Virus record (IMG/VR): IMGVR_UViG_3300033146_002242
Coordinates: 54,288-118,287 of that record
From: a virus
Reading direction: 5' to 3' (one strand)
Length of the DNA: 64,000 nucleotides
The position numbers and the translations under genes are program-made. The notes under the pieces are model-generated. The model made no database searches and was not told where the DNA came from. It saw only the letters and a list, made by a program, of their open reading frames with translations. Below are positions 28,339 to 39,100 of the stretch, one piece after another (position 1 is the first letter of the stretch; the number at the start of each line of letters is the position of its first letter).

Positions 28339-28406
28339 AACTTTAAAATGAAGGGAGAATATATTTATTATATTCTCCCTTCATTTATTTTTCATGGAGG
28401 GTACAT

Positions 28407-28835
28407 ATGAAAAGTACCATTGAGTATATTCACCATACAGGATCGAGGGATGATATGTTGTATATCAAGAAATATATCGCCAATTATATTGATGATATTG
28501 ATGAGGCGCTATATTTCGCGGTATATAAATGGTATCAGATATCGAACAAATTAACGTTGAAAAAAATCCAATGGTTAGTGGGAAATAAAAATATAGATCT
28601 GAAATATGTCAAAAATAGATTTAAAATGTTTGGCATATTTGAGCATTTTGATGGGGAGGTTCTTTTCCTTAAATCTTGGAAAAAAAACGGGAAGCCGATC
28701 ATCCCTAGGAATTTTATCAGGGATATTAACCATATTCGATCCATGTACAATCATGGGTTCGAAAAATTTAAATTAACCAATGCCATTACTCTAGTGGATA
28801 AACTGAAAAATGCTCCTATGCTATTTGTGGCATAA
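28407..28835 (+). CDS. hypothetical protein
   Basis: GGAGG RBS. Confidence 0.6.
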   Translation: MKSTIEYIHHTGSRDDMLYIKKYIANYIDDIDEALYFAVYKWYQISNKLTLKKIQWLVGNKNIDLKYVKNRFKMFGIFEHFDGEVLFLKSWKKNGKPIIPRNFIRDINHIRSMYNHGFEKFKLTNAITLVDKLKNAPMLFVA

Positions 28836-28849
28836 GGGCATTTAAATTA

Positions 28850-28885
28850 GTGGGGTTGGAATCAAATCAACCCCACTTTTTTTTA
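28850..28885 (+). terminator. intrinsic terminator
   Basis: GTGGGGTTG...CAACCCCAC + T-run. Confidence 0.75.
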
Positions 28886-28950
28886 AAGATGAATTTCTTT
28901 TTTTTTCCAACATAGAAATACCATAAATATATTAATCATAGGAGGGTTGT

Positions 28951-31900
28951 ATGAATATTAAGAAATCTCAAGGTAATTGTACTGAATGTGTGTTAACTAA
29001 ATACGAATCTTTATTTCCAAATACAAATTCTAAAAAGAATATTACAAAAGTTGATATTTTATTTGTAATAGATTCGTTTTCAAAAAAAGATTTAAAAAAT
29101 AATAAAATTTTATCAGAACAAGATAATAAAGAATTTTATGAAATTTTTGAAAAATATGGATTGAAGAAATTAAAATATATGATAACTTCATTATCATATT
29201 GTGATTGTAATCATATTGAAGATGAAGAACAATTGGATAAAGTATTTGAATGTTGTAAAGAAAATTTATATCACATGATTGATATTGTCAAACCTAAATT
29301 AATTGTTGCAATGGGTTATAATGTTTGTAAATATTTAAAAATAACAAAACCATCTTTAAATAATATTAATTTATTAAGAGGTAAATTTTTTGAATATAAT
29401 AAATCTAATGTTTTAGCTACAATATCTCATAAAAGTTTGAAAGAAAATAAAAACTATGTTAAATTATTAGATAATGATTTTTATAAAATTGCTGAATATT
29501 TTAATTTAACAAATAATATTCATAAGAAAAATAATACTGGTGCTGATATTAAATTTGTAGGAAAAGGTTTACAGTTTTATAATATTCCTGAAAAATATTA
29601 TACTGAACAATATAGATTAGTTGATATTCAATTTTTATATAAAACATCTGAGGTATTATATATTTTTAGAGATAAAAATAATAATAAAGAATACTATAAA
29701 CATAATGATGATTACTATTTTTATAAATCTTCTAATTCAATTGATAAAAAGATAATCGAACAAGATAACGCTTCTGCTTTTATTACTTCTTGGAAGAATA
29801 GATATGATATTGAACCAGACACAACATATGAAGCTGATGTTCGATTACCTATCAAACACGCGATTGATTATGGTATTAAAAATAAAGAAGATTGTTTTGT
29901 TGATTATTTAAATAATTGGTTTTTTGATATTGAATTAGATATGAAAAATACAGAAGCTTTTCCTTCTATTGAGGATGCTAAATTTCCAATCAATATGATT
30001 TCAGTATCTTTTAATGGAAATAATATTATTTACATATTAGATAATAAAACCAAGCCAATAGAAAAAGATGATAAAAATTATGAATATAAAATTTTTGATA
30101 AAGAAATTCCCTTATTAAAAGAATTTATTAATGACTTCAAAAATGCAGATCCTGATACAATTTCAGGTTGGAATACAAATACATTTGACTTACCATATTT
30201 GTATTTTAGATTAAAAAGATTAAATATTGAACCAAGTACATTATCAAAATTTGGTGTATTTGATGTGGATATGCAATGGGGGAGGGTGACTATTGCAGGG
30301 GTAGCTTGTGTTGACCAATTAGAAATTTATAAATTATTTGAATTTGGTAAAAAACCAAGTTATAAATTAGATAGTATTGCGAATTATGAATTGGGAGTTA
30401 AAAAAATTGAATTAGGAGAATCTATTAGTACAATCTATAATACAGATATTAATAAACTTATTCGATACAATATTCGTGATACAGATTTATTGGTTCAATT
30501 AGAAGATAAAATTGGACAAATTAATTTAGTTCACGAAATTAGAAAAGTTTGTTCATCAACAATTTCTGCTATCATGTCAACTTTTGGGCAAGTTGATCCT
30601 TTGATGATTTCTTTTATGAAGAAAAAAGGTTTTGTTGTTAAAAATGCAATTAGAACTGGAAAAGAAAAATTAGTAGGTGCGTTTGTCAAGGAACCAAATC
30701 CGGGTATATATAAATGGTTTGTTGATTTTGATTTCACTTCACTTTATCCAAGTATAATTCGGACATATAATATTGGGGTTAATACATTTGTTTTTAGATT
30801 TATAGATCCACATTTAGGATATGATATAACTTATAATCCAGATAATTTACCAGATGAAATTCCTATTATTTTTGATCCTAACTATAAAGCAAAAGAAACA
30901 ATTGTAAAGAAAGAAAAATTATTAGAACGCATTAAAGAAATGAATTTGGTGTGGACAATTAATGGTTGTTTTTATTTAAATCACAAAGATGAGATATCTG
31001 AACTAAGTGAAATTTTGGATTATTTAATGTCATCAAGAAAAGTATATAAAGATAAGAAATTTGAGGCAAAGGTAAATAAAGATGATTTAATGACTCGTGT
31101 ATATGATACACGGCAATTAGTATATAAAGTTTTAGCTAATAGTTTTTATGGTGTTATTGCAAATGAAAATTTTAGATTTTTTAATATTCATTCTGCTGGC
31201 GCTATTACTGCATCTGGTCAAGAAGCGATTAAAACTTGTGTTATAAATGCACATAATAAAATAGAATCAATGTATGAAGAATCTGATTTTATTCAACCGA
31301 ATATTTTATCTAAAAAAGAAATGTATAGTGATACTTTAGATAAATCAAGAAATACTGATAATGTTATTACAAGTGACACAGATTCTATTTTTTGTTGTTT
31401 TGAAAAATTTGAAAAAACTTCAATGGAAGATATTAGAAAATATTGTGATGAAATACAAACTTTTTTAAATACAGAAGTGATTATAGAATTGTTAAAAAAA
31501 CATAATCATTTTAATAATGAATTCAATTTTCTTAATATGAAAAATGAATTGATTTGTAAAAAAGGTTTATTTGTTTCAAAGAAACATTATGTTATTCATG
31601 TTATTGAACAAGAAGGTAAAAAAGTTGATGATATTGTACATGTGGGAATTGACACCAAACGGTCTGATATTTCTGAAAAAACAAAAGAATTTTTAAATGA
31701 GTTGATTAATATTATTTTTGATGATGATAATATCACAATTAAAAAATTAGTTAATCATATTAAAATGAAAGAAATCGAATTTATTGAATTGTTGAAAAAA
31801 GGTGATAAAACATTAGCTAAGTCAGTTTCATTTACTAAAGATATATCTAAATATAAACGTACAATTCCACAACATATAAATGCTATGTTAAATTGGAATA

Positions 31901-32196
31901 CCCTTGTTTATGAATCTTTTCAAGTTGGTGATAGGGGCAATTTATTTAATATTACGGGTATTGATGAAACAATTGCACCACCAGAAATTGTTCAAAAATA
32001 TCATACACATTTTTTGAAAAAAGGTAGAAAATTAGAAGTAATTGCTGTACCTGAAACAGAACCGTGTTTACCAAAATATTTTATAGTAAATATTAAAGAA
32101 ATGATGCGGGTTGGATTTCATGATAGATATGATATTTTATTAAAACCGATTTTAAAAGTTCAACAACAAACTAAAAATAAAGTTTTAACATTTTAA
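28951..32196 (+). CDS. polB: family B DNA polymerase with N-terminal uracil-DNA-glycosylase-like (family 4 fold) domain
   Basis: Exo FDIELD, GWNTNTFDLPYL, YNIRDT; Pol DFDFTSLYPSII, KVLANSFYG, SDTDS; N-terminal CxxC..ILFV..C..KPKLIVAMG..RG..TISH. Confidence 0.92.
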   Translation: MNIKKSQGNCTECVLTKYESLFPNTNSKKNITKVDILFVIDSFSKKDLKNNKILSEQDNKEFYEIFEKYGLKKLKYMITSLSYCDCNHIEDEEQLDKVFECCKENLYHMIDIVKPKLIVAMGYNVCKYLKITKPSLNNINLLRGKFFEYNKSNVLATISHKSLKENKNYVKLLDNDFYKIAEYFNLTNNIHKKNNTGADIKFVGKGLQFYNIPEKYYTEQYRLVDIQFLYKTSEVLYIFRDKNNNKEYYKHNDDYYFYKSSNSIDKKIIEQDNASAFITSWKNRYDIEPDTTYEADVRLPIKHAIDYGIKNKEDCFVDYLNNWFFDIELDMKNTEAFPSIEDAKFPINMISVSFNGNNIIYILDNKTKPIEKDDKNYEYKIFDKEIPLLKEFINDFKNADPDTISGWNTNTFDLPYLYFRLKRLNIEPSTLSKFGVFDVDMQWGRVTIAGVACVDQLEIYKLFEFGKKPSYKLDSIANYELGVKKIELGESISTIYNTDINKLIRYNIRDTDLLVQLEDKIGQINLVHEIRKVCSSTISAIMSTFGQVDPLMISFMKKKGFVVKNAIRTGKEKLVGAFVKEPNPGIYKWFVDFDFTSLYPSIIRTYNIGVNTFVFRFIDPHLGYDITYNPDNLPDEIPIIFDPNYKAKETIVKKEKLLERIKEMNLVWTINGCFYLNHKDEISELSEILDYLMSSRKVYKDKKFEAKVNKDDLMTRVYDTRQLVYKVLANSFYGVIANENFRFFNIHSAGAITASGQEAIKTCVINAHNKIESMYEESDFIQPNILSKKEMYSDTLDKSRNTDNVITSDTDSIFCCFEKFEKTSMEDIRKYCDEIQTFLNTEVIIELLKKHNHFNNEFNFLNMKNELICKKGLFVSKKHYVIHVIEQEGKKVDDIVHVGIDTKRSDISEKTKEFLNELINIIFDDDNITIKKLVNHIKMKEIEFIELLKKGDKTLAKSVSFTKDISKYKRTIPQHINAMLNWNTLVYESFQVGDRGNLFNITGIDETIAPPEIVQKYHTHFLKKGRKLEVIAVPETEPCLPKYFIVNIKEMMRVGFHDRYDILLKPILKVQQQTKNKVLTF

Positions 32197-32206
32197 GGAG
32201 ATTAAA

Positions 32207-32854
32207 ATGGTTGTAGATGTCGAAATTTTAGATTTCAACGAAACTGATATGATTAATAAAGTGGCATTAGCCTGTTATACATGCACACATTCTGATTTAT
32301 CAAAATTTGTTGATTTAACACTTGATGAAAAAAAGCAATTAATTAAACGAGTTGTATCAAGAGGGCATTTATCTGTTTTAAGACATGCTAATTTTACTAT
32401 TGCTATAATTGGTGGATCCAGAGCTATGACCCATCAACTTGTTCGACACCAAGCTGGATTTAATTTTTCACAACAATCATTGAGATACACTAAAATAAAT
32501 GAAGAAAATGATGATTTTTATAATTTACCAGAAATATTGAAAAAAAGTAGATACAGTAAAAATATTGAAAATGTATTACATGAAATTAAATCATTGTATA
32601 TTGAATTAATTAATGATGGTATAAAAGCTGAGGATGCTAGATATATATTACCAATAGGCACAAAATCAAATATTATTGTAACTGCTAATGGAGAATCATT
32701 ATATAATTTATTTAAATCAAGATGTTGTTCTAGGGCACAATTAGAAATTAGAAAAATAACTCAAACTATTCAAAAATATATGGAAGAAAATTTTCCTTAT
32801 ATGTTTTTTAACACAGGGCCAGATTGTAAAAATTGTAAGGAAAAATGTAAATAA
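32207..32854 (+). CDS. thyX: FAD-dependent thymidylate synthase
   Basis: GHLSVLRH, SRAMTHQLVRH, SQQSLRY, ARYILP. Confidence 0.9.
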   Translation: MVVDVEILDFNETDMINKVALACYTCTHSDLSKFVDLTLDEKKQLIKRVVSRGHLSVLRHANFTIAIIGGSRAMTHQLVRHQAGFNFSQQSLRYTKINEENDDFYNLPEILKKSRYSKNIENVLHEIKSLYIELINDGIKAEDARYILPIGTKSNIIVTANGESLYNLFKSRCCSRAQLEIRKITQTIQKYMEENFPYMFFNTGPDCKNCKEKCK

Positions 32855-32904
32855 ACAAGGAACATATAATTGATACATATTTTATTAGAAGGAGATTATA
32901 TTAA

Positions 32905-33555
32905 ATGAAGTCGATTAGATTAATTGAGTGTATGTCTACTTGGCAAGGAGAAGGGCCGGATACAGGCAGATATATGGTATTATGCCGATTTAAAAAATGT
33001 CAATTAAATTGTTCGTTTTGTGATACAATGGTATTAATGAAAAATGCTGTTGAAGGTGAATATACGTTTGATAGTATTCAGTCAAAAATAAATTCTGTTA
33101 ATGGTGGGTTATTGATTACAGGTGGTGAACCAACTTTATATTTAGATGAAACTGCTAGCTTATTAACAGAATTAGAATATTCAGTGGCTAATGTAGAAAC
33201 CAATGGTCATAAATTAAAAGAATTAATTTTACAAACACCTAAACATTTAAATGTTAAATTCATTTATTCCCCAAAAATATCATTAAATGATGATGAAGTT
33301 AAATCTTTTATTAATAATGAGAAAATTTATTTTAAATTTGTTATTGATAAATACGATGGTGCTGGCCCAACTATTACAACTAGATCATTAAATAAATTAC
33401 AAATTATGGGTTTTGATATGAGTCATGTTTATTTAATGCCAAAAGGTATTAATTATGGTGAATTAAAACAAAATTCAAAAACAGTTTGTGATTTAGCAGA
33501 ATATTATAATTGTAATATTTCAACTAGGATGCATTTAATTTATAATTTTTATTAG
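32905..33555 (+). CDS. queE: 7-carboxy-7-deazaguanine synthase (radical SAM)
   Basis: TWQGEG..G, CQLNCSFCDT, ITGGEP, VETNG, SPK, RMHL. Confidence 0.85.
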   Translation: MKSIRLIECMSTWQGEGPDTGRYMVLCRFKKCQLNCSFCDTMVLMKNAVEGEYTFDSIQSKINSVNGGLLITGGEPTLYLDETASLLTELEYSVANVETNGHKLKELILQTPKHLNVKFIYSPKISLNDDEVKSFINNEKIYFKFVIDKYDGAGPTITTRSLNKLQIMGFDMSHVYLMPKGINYGELKQNSKTVCDLAEYYNCNISTRMHLIYNFY

Positions 33556-33570
33556 AAAAGGAGAGTCGAA

Positions 33571-33882
33571 ATGGAAAAACCTGTTGTAGAGGCATTAGAA
33601 ACAAGAGTTGCCGGAATTCCATTTGAAATTGCTGTACAAACTGCAAGTGGCATTATATGTGATCCACAACAATTGCCACAAGCATATGTAAAAGTTTTAT
33701 CAGTTGGCCCCGAGGTTAAAGGTATTAAGGTAGGAGATATTATTATGGGTCCGAAACATGGTGGACAAACAGTTGTGCATCAAGGAACCATATATAGAAT
33801 ATATGATAAAAATGAAATTTTTGGTATTTTAAATGATGACAATATCAAAATTGATGAAAAACCAATTCTCCATACAGTTTAA
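33571..33882 (+). CDS. groES: GroES-like co-chaperonin
   Basis: TASGII...VLSVGPEVKGIKVGDII..K..G....G..Y......EIFGIL. Confidence 0.75.
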   Translation: MEKPVVEALETRVAGIPFEIAVQTASGIICDPQQLPQAYVKVLSVGPEVKGIKVGDIIMGPKHGGQTVVHQGTIYRIYDKNEIFGILNDDNIKIDEKPILHTV

Positions 33883-33917
33883 TTTTAAAAAATGGATGTG
33901 GCATATATTTTATTAAT

Positions 33918-34112
33918 GTGGCACATCCATTTTTTCACATATTTATTATGAAAAAAATATTAGCACCTTTTATTATTTTTGGTTATTGTATAGGATTGAT
34001 AGTAACAATTTTATTTTGTTTAATATTATCCATATTTACAATTCCTTTTAAATATTTATCTAAATTATATTTTCAATATAAATTTAAAATGAATAAGGTA
34101 AAAAATGAATAA
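33918..34112 (+). CDS. small membrane protein
   Basis: single hydrophobic segment. Confidence 0.45.
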   Translation: MAHPFFHIFIMKKILAPFIIFGYCIGLIVTILFCLILSIFTIPFKYLSKLYFQYKFKMNKVKNE

Positions 34113-34239
34113 AAATATTGAATTGATTCCAGTATCAGAAATAAAAATAGAATATGACCCATCTATGACAACTGCATATGATTTTACTGTAGAAGATTAT
34201 TTTACTTTTTGTACAGATGATGGTATTTTTGTACAGGAT
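34105..34239 (+). other. split intein C-fragment (45 aa) ending in Gln-Asp, +1 residue Ser
   Basis: AYDFTVEDYFTFCTDDGIFVQD matches the intein block F/G pattern (vYDltV...F....gi.vHN); directly follows the start Met region. Confidence 0.8.
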
Positions 34240-36138
34240 TCAATGTCAATTATACATCCTCTTTCTGATGAATCACAAGAAGAAATCAGAGAGAAAATGA
34301 ACTCTCCAAAATCTTTAAAATCATTAGATGGTTCAACTACATCATTATCAAAGGATATGTATGTTGGATTATATATTTTAACAAAACCAAAAAAGAAAAA
34401 ATCATCTCCAATTATTATCACAAGTCCAGAGCAATTAAATGATATAACAGACCCATATATTTTAGTTAAATTTAGAGGGCATGTTTGTACCGCAGGATTT
34501 GCAATATATAATTCATGTTTTCCAAGAGATTTTGAATTTCAAACAAAACAAGCAACAAAATCAGAATTAAATCGAGTCACAACAATTTGTTTAGAAAAAT
34601 ATGATAAAAATATTTTTAATGAAATTTTAGATAGATTATGTAAAATAGGATTTAAATGGGCTACAATAGCTGGATCCAGTTTTACTTTAAAAAATTTAGA
34701 TGTTCCACCAGAAATTGAAAAACTAAAAAAAGAAATGGTTGGGAAGGATCCTGAAACTGTATCAGCTTTATTAAATAAAGCTCAAAAAATAATTGAAAAA
34801 TATTTACACGATACTGGGTTAGGTGATATTATTGAAAGTGGATGTGCAAAAGGATATGGGCAATCCATGCAAATTTTGGTGGCAAAGGGATTGATTTCAT
34901 CTATGGAAGGTGGAATTTTACCCGGTATAGGTACATCATTTATCGATGGATTGCCTCCAGATATATTTTTTACAGCCGGTAGTGGTGCTAGACATGGAAT
35001 GGTTGGTAGAGCAATTAATACTGCTGACACAGGTTATTTGGCGAGAAAATTAGTTTATTTTTTAAACAGTGTGGAACTTCATCCTTCATTAGCTGATTGT
35101 AAAACAAATCGTACTTTAAAATTATCTATTATAGATAATAAACAAATCCAAAAATTAAAATTTAGATTTATTGAAAAAAACGGTAAAATAATTCCAATTG
35201 AACAAGCGGGTGTTAAAATTGGGGATGTTATTAATTTGAGATCACCAATTTTTTGTAAATCGCAAAAAATTTGTCATACTTGTCATGGAAAATCTTTTTT
35301 ACGTAAAGCTACACCATATATAGGTGTGACATATGGGCTGATATTAGGTGAGTCAGCAACACAAGCATCAATGGAAAAATTTCATACTGGCGGTGCTATT
35401 AAAATTAAAAAGAAAAACTTGGTTAATGATTTAATATCAAATGTACCTGTTTTGAATAAATCTATAATAAATCAATTTTTTACAACATCAGAAAATTCAT
35501 TAATTACCAAACAAGATTGTAAATTAGAAATTGATGTTGTTGATCTAAAAATGTCTGATGATGGTGATTATTATTATAATGAAGATAGTAAAAAATTGGT
35601 ATTTAAAAATTTAATTTCTACATATACATCTGGAACAACAACATTTCCTGTATTATTTGATTATGTTACTGAATTTGATATTGTTCATGTTATAAATCAA
35701 AATAAAGAAAAAATTGTATTAGAATTTATTAAAGGTGATGTTTTATTAATATCCCCATTAGAAGATACTGAGATGACAGAACTATCACGTTATTTAGATA
35801 GACTGATTGGTGGTAGAATTAAATTTTTTGATGTAGAACATTTGTTTTCAAAAATATATCAACAATATAAAGATTTATCACCTTTACCAATGGTATCGTA
35901 TGAAGTATTATTATCGCAAATTTTAAGATATAAAAAGGATCCTCAATATCCAGCTAGATTAGCTAAAGAATGGGATCCTATTTTATTAAATATGCGTAAA
36001 ACTATTTTTAATGAAGGTTTTATTCAGGGACTTGCTTTTGAAAATATAAATGAAGCAATTAGATCTGGATTAACTAAGAATACAGATGATAATTTGAATA
36101 TTCTGGAAAAAGTATTTACCGGAGAACAATTAAAATGA
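34105..36138 (+). CDS. rpoC: RNA polymerase beta' subunit, C-terminal half (starts immediately after the NADFDGD motif)
   Basis: SMSIIHPLSDESQEE ~ QMAVHVPL..EAQ.E; bridge helix GARHG...NTADTGYLARKLV; Zn site RSPIFC..ICHTCHG; trigger loop LGESATQASMEKFHTGG. Confidence 0.92.
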   Translation: MNKNIELIPVSEIKIEYDPSMTTAYDFTVEDYFTFCTDDGIFVQDSMSIIHPLSDESQEEIREKMNSPKSLKSLDGSTTSLSKDMYVGLYILTKPKKKKSSPIIITSPEQLNDITDPYILVKFRGHVCTAGFAIYNSCFPRDFEFQTKQATKSELNRVTTICLEKYDKNIFNEILDRLCKIGFKWATIAGSSFTLKNLDVPPEIEKLKKEMVGKDPETVSALLNKAQKIIEKYLHDTGLGDIIESGCAKGYGQSMQILVAKGLISSMEGGILPGIGTSFIDGLPPDIFFTAGSGARHGMVGRAINTADTGYLARKLVYFLNSVELHPSLADCKTNRTLKLSIIDNKQIQKLKFRFIEKNGKIIPIEQAGVKIGDVINLRSPIFCKSQKICHTCHGKSFLRKATPYIGVTYGLILGESATQASMEKFHTGGAIKIKKKNLVNDLISNVPVLNKSIINQFFTTSENSLITKQDCKLEIDVVDLKMSDDGDYYYNEDSKKLVFKNLISTYTSGTTTFPVLFDYVTEFDIVHVINQNKEKIVLEFIKGDVLLISPLEDTEMTELSRYLDRLIGGRIKFFDVEHLFSKIYQQYKDLSPLPMVSYEVLLSQILRYKKDPQYPARLAKEWDPILLNMRKTIFNEGFIQGLAFENINEAIRSGLTKNTDDNLNILEKVFTGEQLK

Positions 36139-39100
36139 TATCTTTTGATAACGCAAAAATATATAAAATATATAATGGGTTTAGATTTTATCAGCATCCT
36201 AAAAATCCATATTTTATTACATATTTATCTGAAAATTCATCTTTTTTAAAAGATTATCATAATTTAAATATTTCCAGAATTGATGTAAAAAATATAGTCA
36301 TGCCTATAACAAAAATACCAAGATCATATCCTTCTTCACAAGATAGGCAATTATATAAAAAATATAAATTATATTTATCATCCCCTAGAAAATTACCAAC
36401 TGGAAAAAATGTTATTTTTGATATATCTAAATATTTGTATTTGATTGATAGTACATATAAACCAATGACATATCGGCAAAAAGCTGGTAAAATGATTCAA
36501 AATATTGTTAGAGATGCATTTTATCAAGTACCTTCTAATTATGAAAAAATTCTGATGTATTCAGTTAGAGTTGATAAAGATTTTAATCCTAGTTATATTA
36601 ATAGAAAGATTTTTTTATTTTTAGAAGAAATACATGATAATAATTTTCCATATGATCATTTTATTTTATGTTTAATTTCTGAAAACAATGTATATTATCG
36701 TATTCTGATTAAAAACAGAGAATATTTTTTTAATAGATTGAAACAATATATTAAAAATATTAGAGAAATTGATGTTGAAAAAGAAAGTGAAGAAAATGAA
36801 GAACGTGAAAAATTATCACAAGATATTATAAAGAAAATTACTAACAATATTGAACCTAAAAATAAAGACGTTATAAAAAATGTATTAGCTGATTTTATTG
36901 AACAACATCCAGAAGAAGTAGAAAAAATTGTTAAAGATGATGTAGAAAATAATAAATCAGTGTCAGCATCAACAGCATATGATTTGGTATCAATAGCCAT
37001 TTTAGTTCAGAATAATAGAAATATAGAGAAATCGAAAAAAATAGTTCAAAACACTAATAAAAATCCTCTTGAAAAATTCAAAAAAATTGAAAAACAATTT
37101 GTTGATGAAATAATACCTATTCAAAAACCAACTGTTGATAATGATAGTGTTTTATATGAAAAAGTTAAAATAGCTGATTCAGTAGATAATATAGGACCAG
37201 ATCATATTTTTGAAAAACGTAAAAAAGATTTTACACAAAATCTTAAAAAAGATATTGCTTTAACTTTTAAAAGTTTAGATAATAGAGATGTGCCATTAAA
37301 AATACAATCTGTTAAATTTGAAAATTCACCTGACCAGTCACATAATTTAAATAAATCAGATATAACTGTAGCAGTAATTACACTTTTTGATAAAAAAGGA
37401 AAAAATCATACTGTTAGAATACAAATACCAAAAATTAATAAAGATGGTACATTTTTTATTAATGGTAAACGGAAGTGTTTAATTAATCAAATTTATCAAT
37501 TACCTATTCAATTTCCAAAACCATTTGAAGCTAAATTTGAAAGTTCATATTCAATGTTTTATATTTATAGTAAACATTTGGCAAAGGTAAATTATTTACA
37601 AATTTTTATGGGTACTTATAAATTACCACTGTCTATTGTTATGTTTTATGGTTTTGGATTTGATATTGTTCTAAAAAAGTTTGATATTAAGTATATGGTA
37701 CAAGATGAAGCACCACCTAAAGATACCAAATATGTTTTAAAAATTGATGGGAAATATTATATTTTTCATAATATTCATAAAGAAGTACAGATTCAATTTA
37801 TTAATTCATTGTTACGTGAAGATTTGAATGGAATAGCGAATGATTCTATTGAATTATTTTCTAAAGCATTTTTTAGTAAATTTATAATTAAAGATACTGG
37901 CCGTGTTAATTCAGTATATTTAATTCAAAATAACTTTGATAATATTGTTGATAATATTTCTAAAAGTATTTTGGCTTCTAAAGGTTATCCAACTAAACTA
38001 GCAGATATTATGTATTATATGTCTGTTGGGGCGGTAGAAGGATATACTATAAAAAGAAATGATTTAGATAATCAAAGAATTAGAAGTTCTGAAATTATTT
38101 CCCATTTATTACAGAAAGAAGTTTTGACAGCATATACTATTTATAAAGAAAAATATTTAGCAGGAAATGAAGATGCTAAATTTGAAATGGCTGAAACAAA
38201 ATTGTTATCTGAATTTAGTATGGCTGAAATTGTTGCTAATATGGAATATGCTAATCCAATTGAAGAATTATCTGTTATGACAAGGGTCAGCCCAATTGGT
38301 AAAAATATTGGTGGTGTTCCAAATAAAGATACTATTACTTTAGAAGGTAGAAGTTTACATAAAACATATTTTGGTAATATAGATCCTGTTGATACACCAG
38401 AAGGGCCAGGTGTTGGTGTGACACAACATTTAGCTATCGGTGCGGCTATTTCTACTTCTAGAGGATTATTTTCTGAGCAAAAAGATGCTATGAAAAAACC
38501 AACTACTACAATTTCAACAACAACTGCAATGATACCATTTATGCAAAATAATGATGGTAATAGAGTCATGTTTGGTTCTGGTCAAATGAAACAAGCAGTT
38601 CCGTTAAAAAATCCAGAACCACCTATTGTTCAAACTGGTTATGAATCTATTTTAACTCATAATTTATCTGATAATTTTATTAAAAGATCTGAATGTAGTG
38701 GAAAAGTTTTAAAGATAACAGATTCACAAATTTTCATTCAATGTAAAGATAGTAAAAAAATTGAAAAAATTGATTTAACACCTGTTCATTTATCATCTGG
38801 TTCTGGTAGAGATACTTTAAGTGAATTTAATGTAGTTGTTAAAGAAGGGCAAACAGTAAAACAAAATCAAAGAATAGCCGAAGGTGCATCTATAAAAGAT
38901 GGTTTTCTTTCATTAGGAAGAAATTTATGTGCAGCTTTTATGTCATGGAAAGGGTATAATTTTGAAGATGGGATTGTTGTAAACGAATCAGTTATTAAAA
39001 ATGAAAAATTAAAATCTTTGCATGGTATGGTGGAAGAAGTTCAATTATCAAAAAAAGATAAAATTTTAGATATAATTAAGATTGGTACACATACTAAGCA

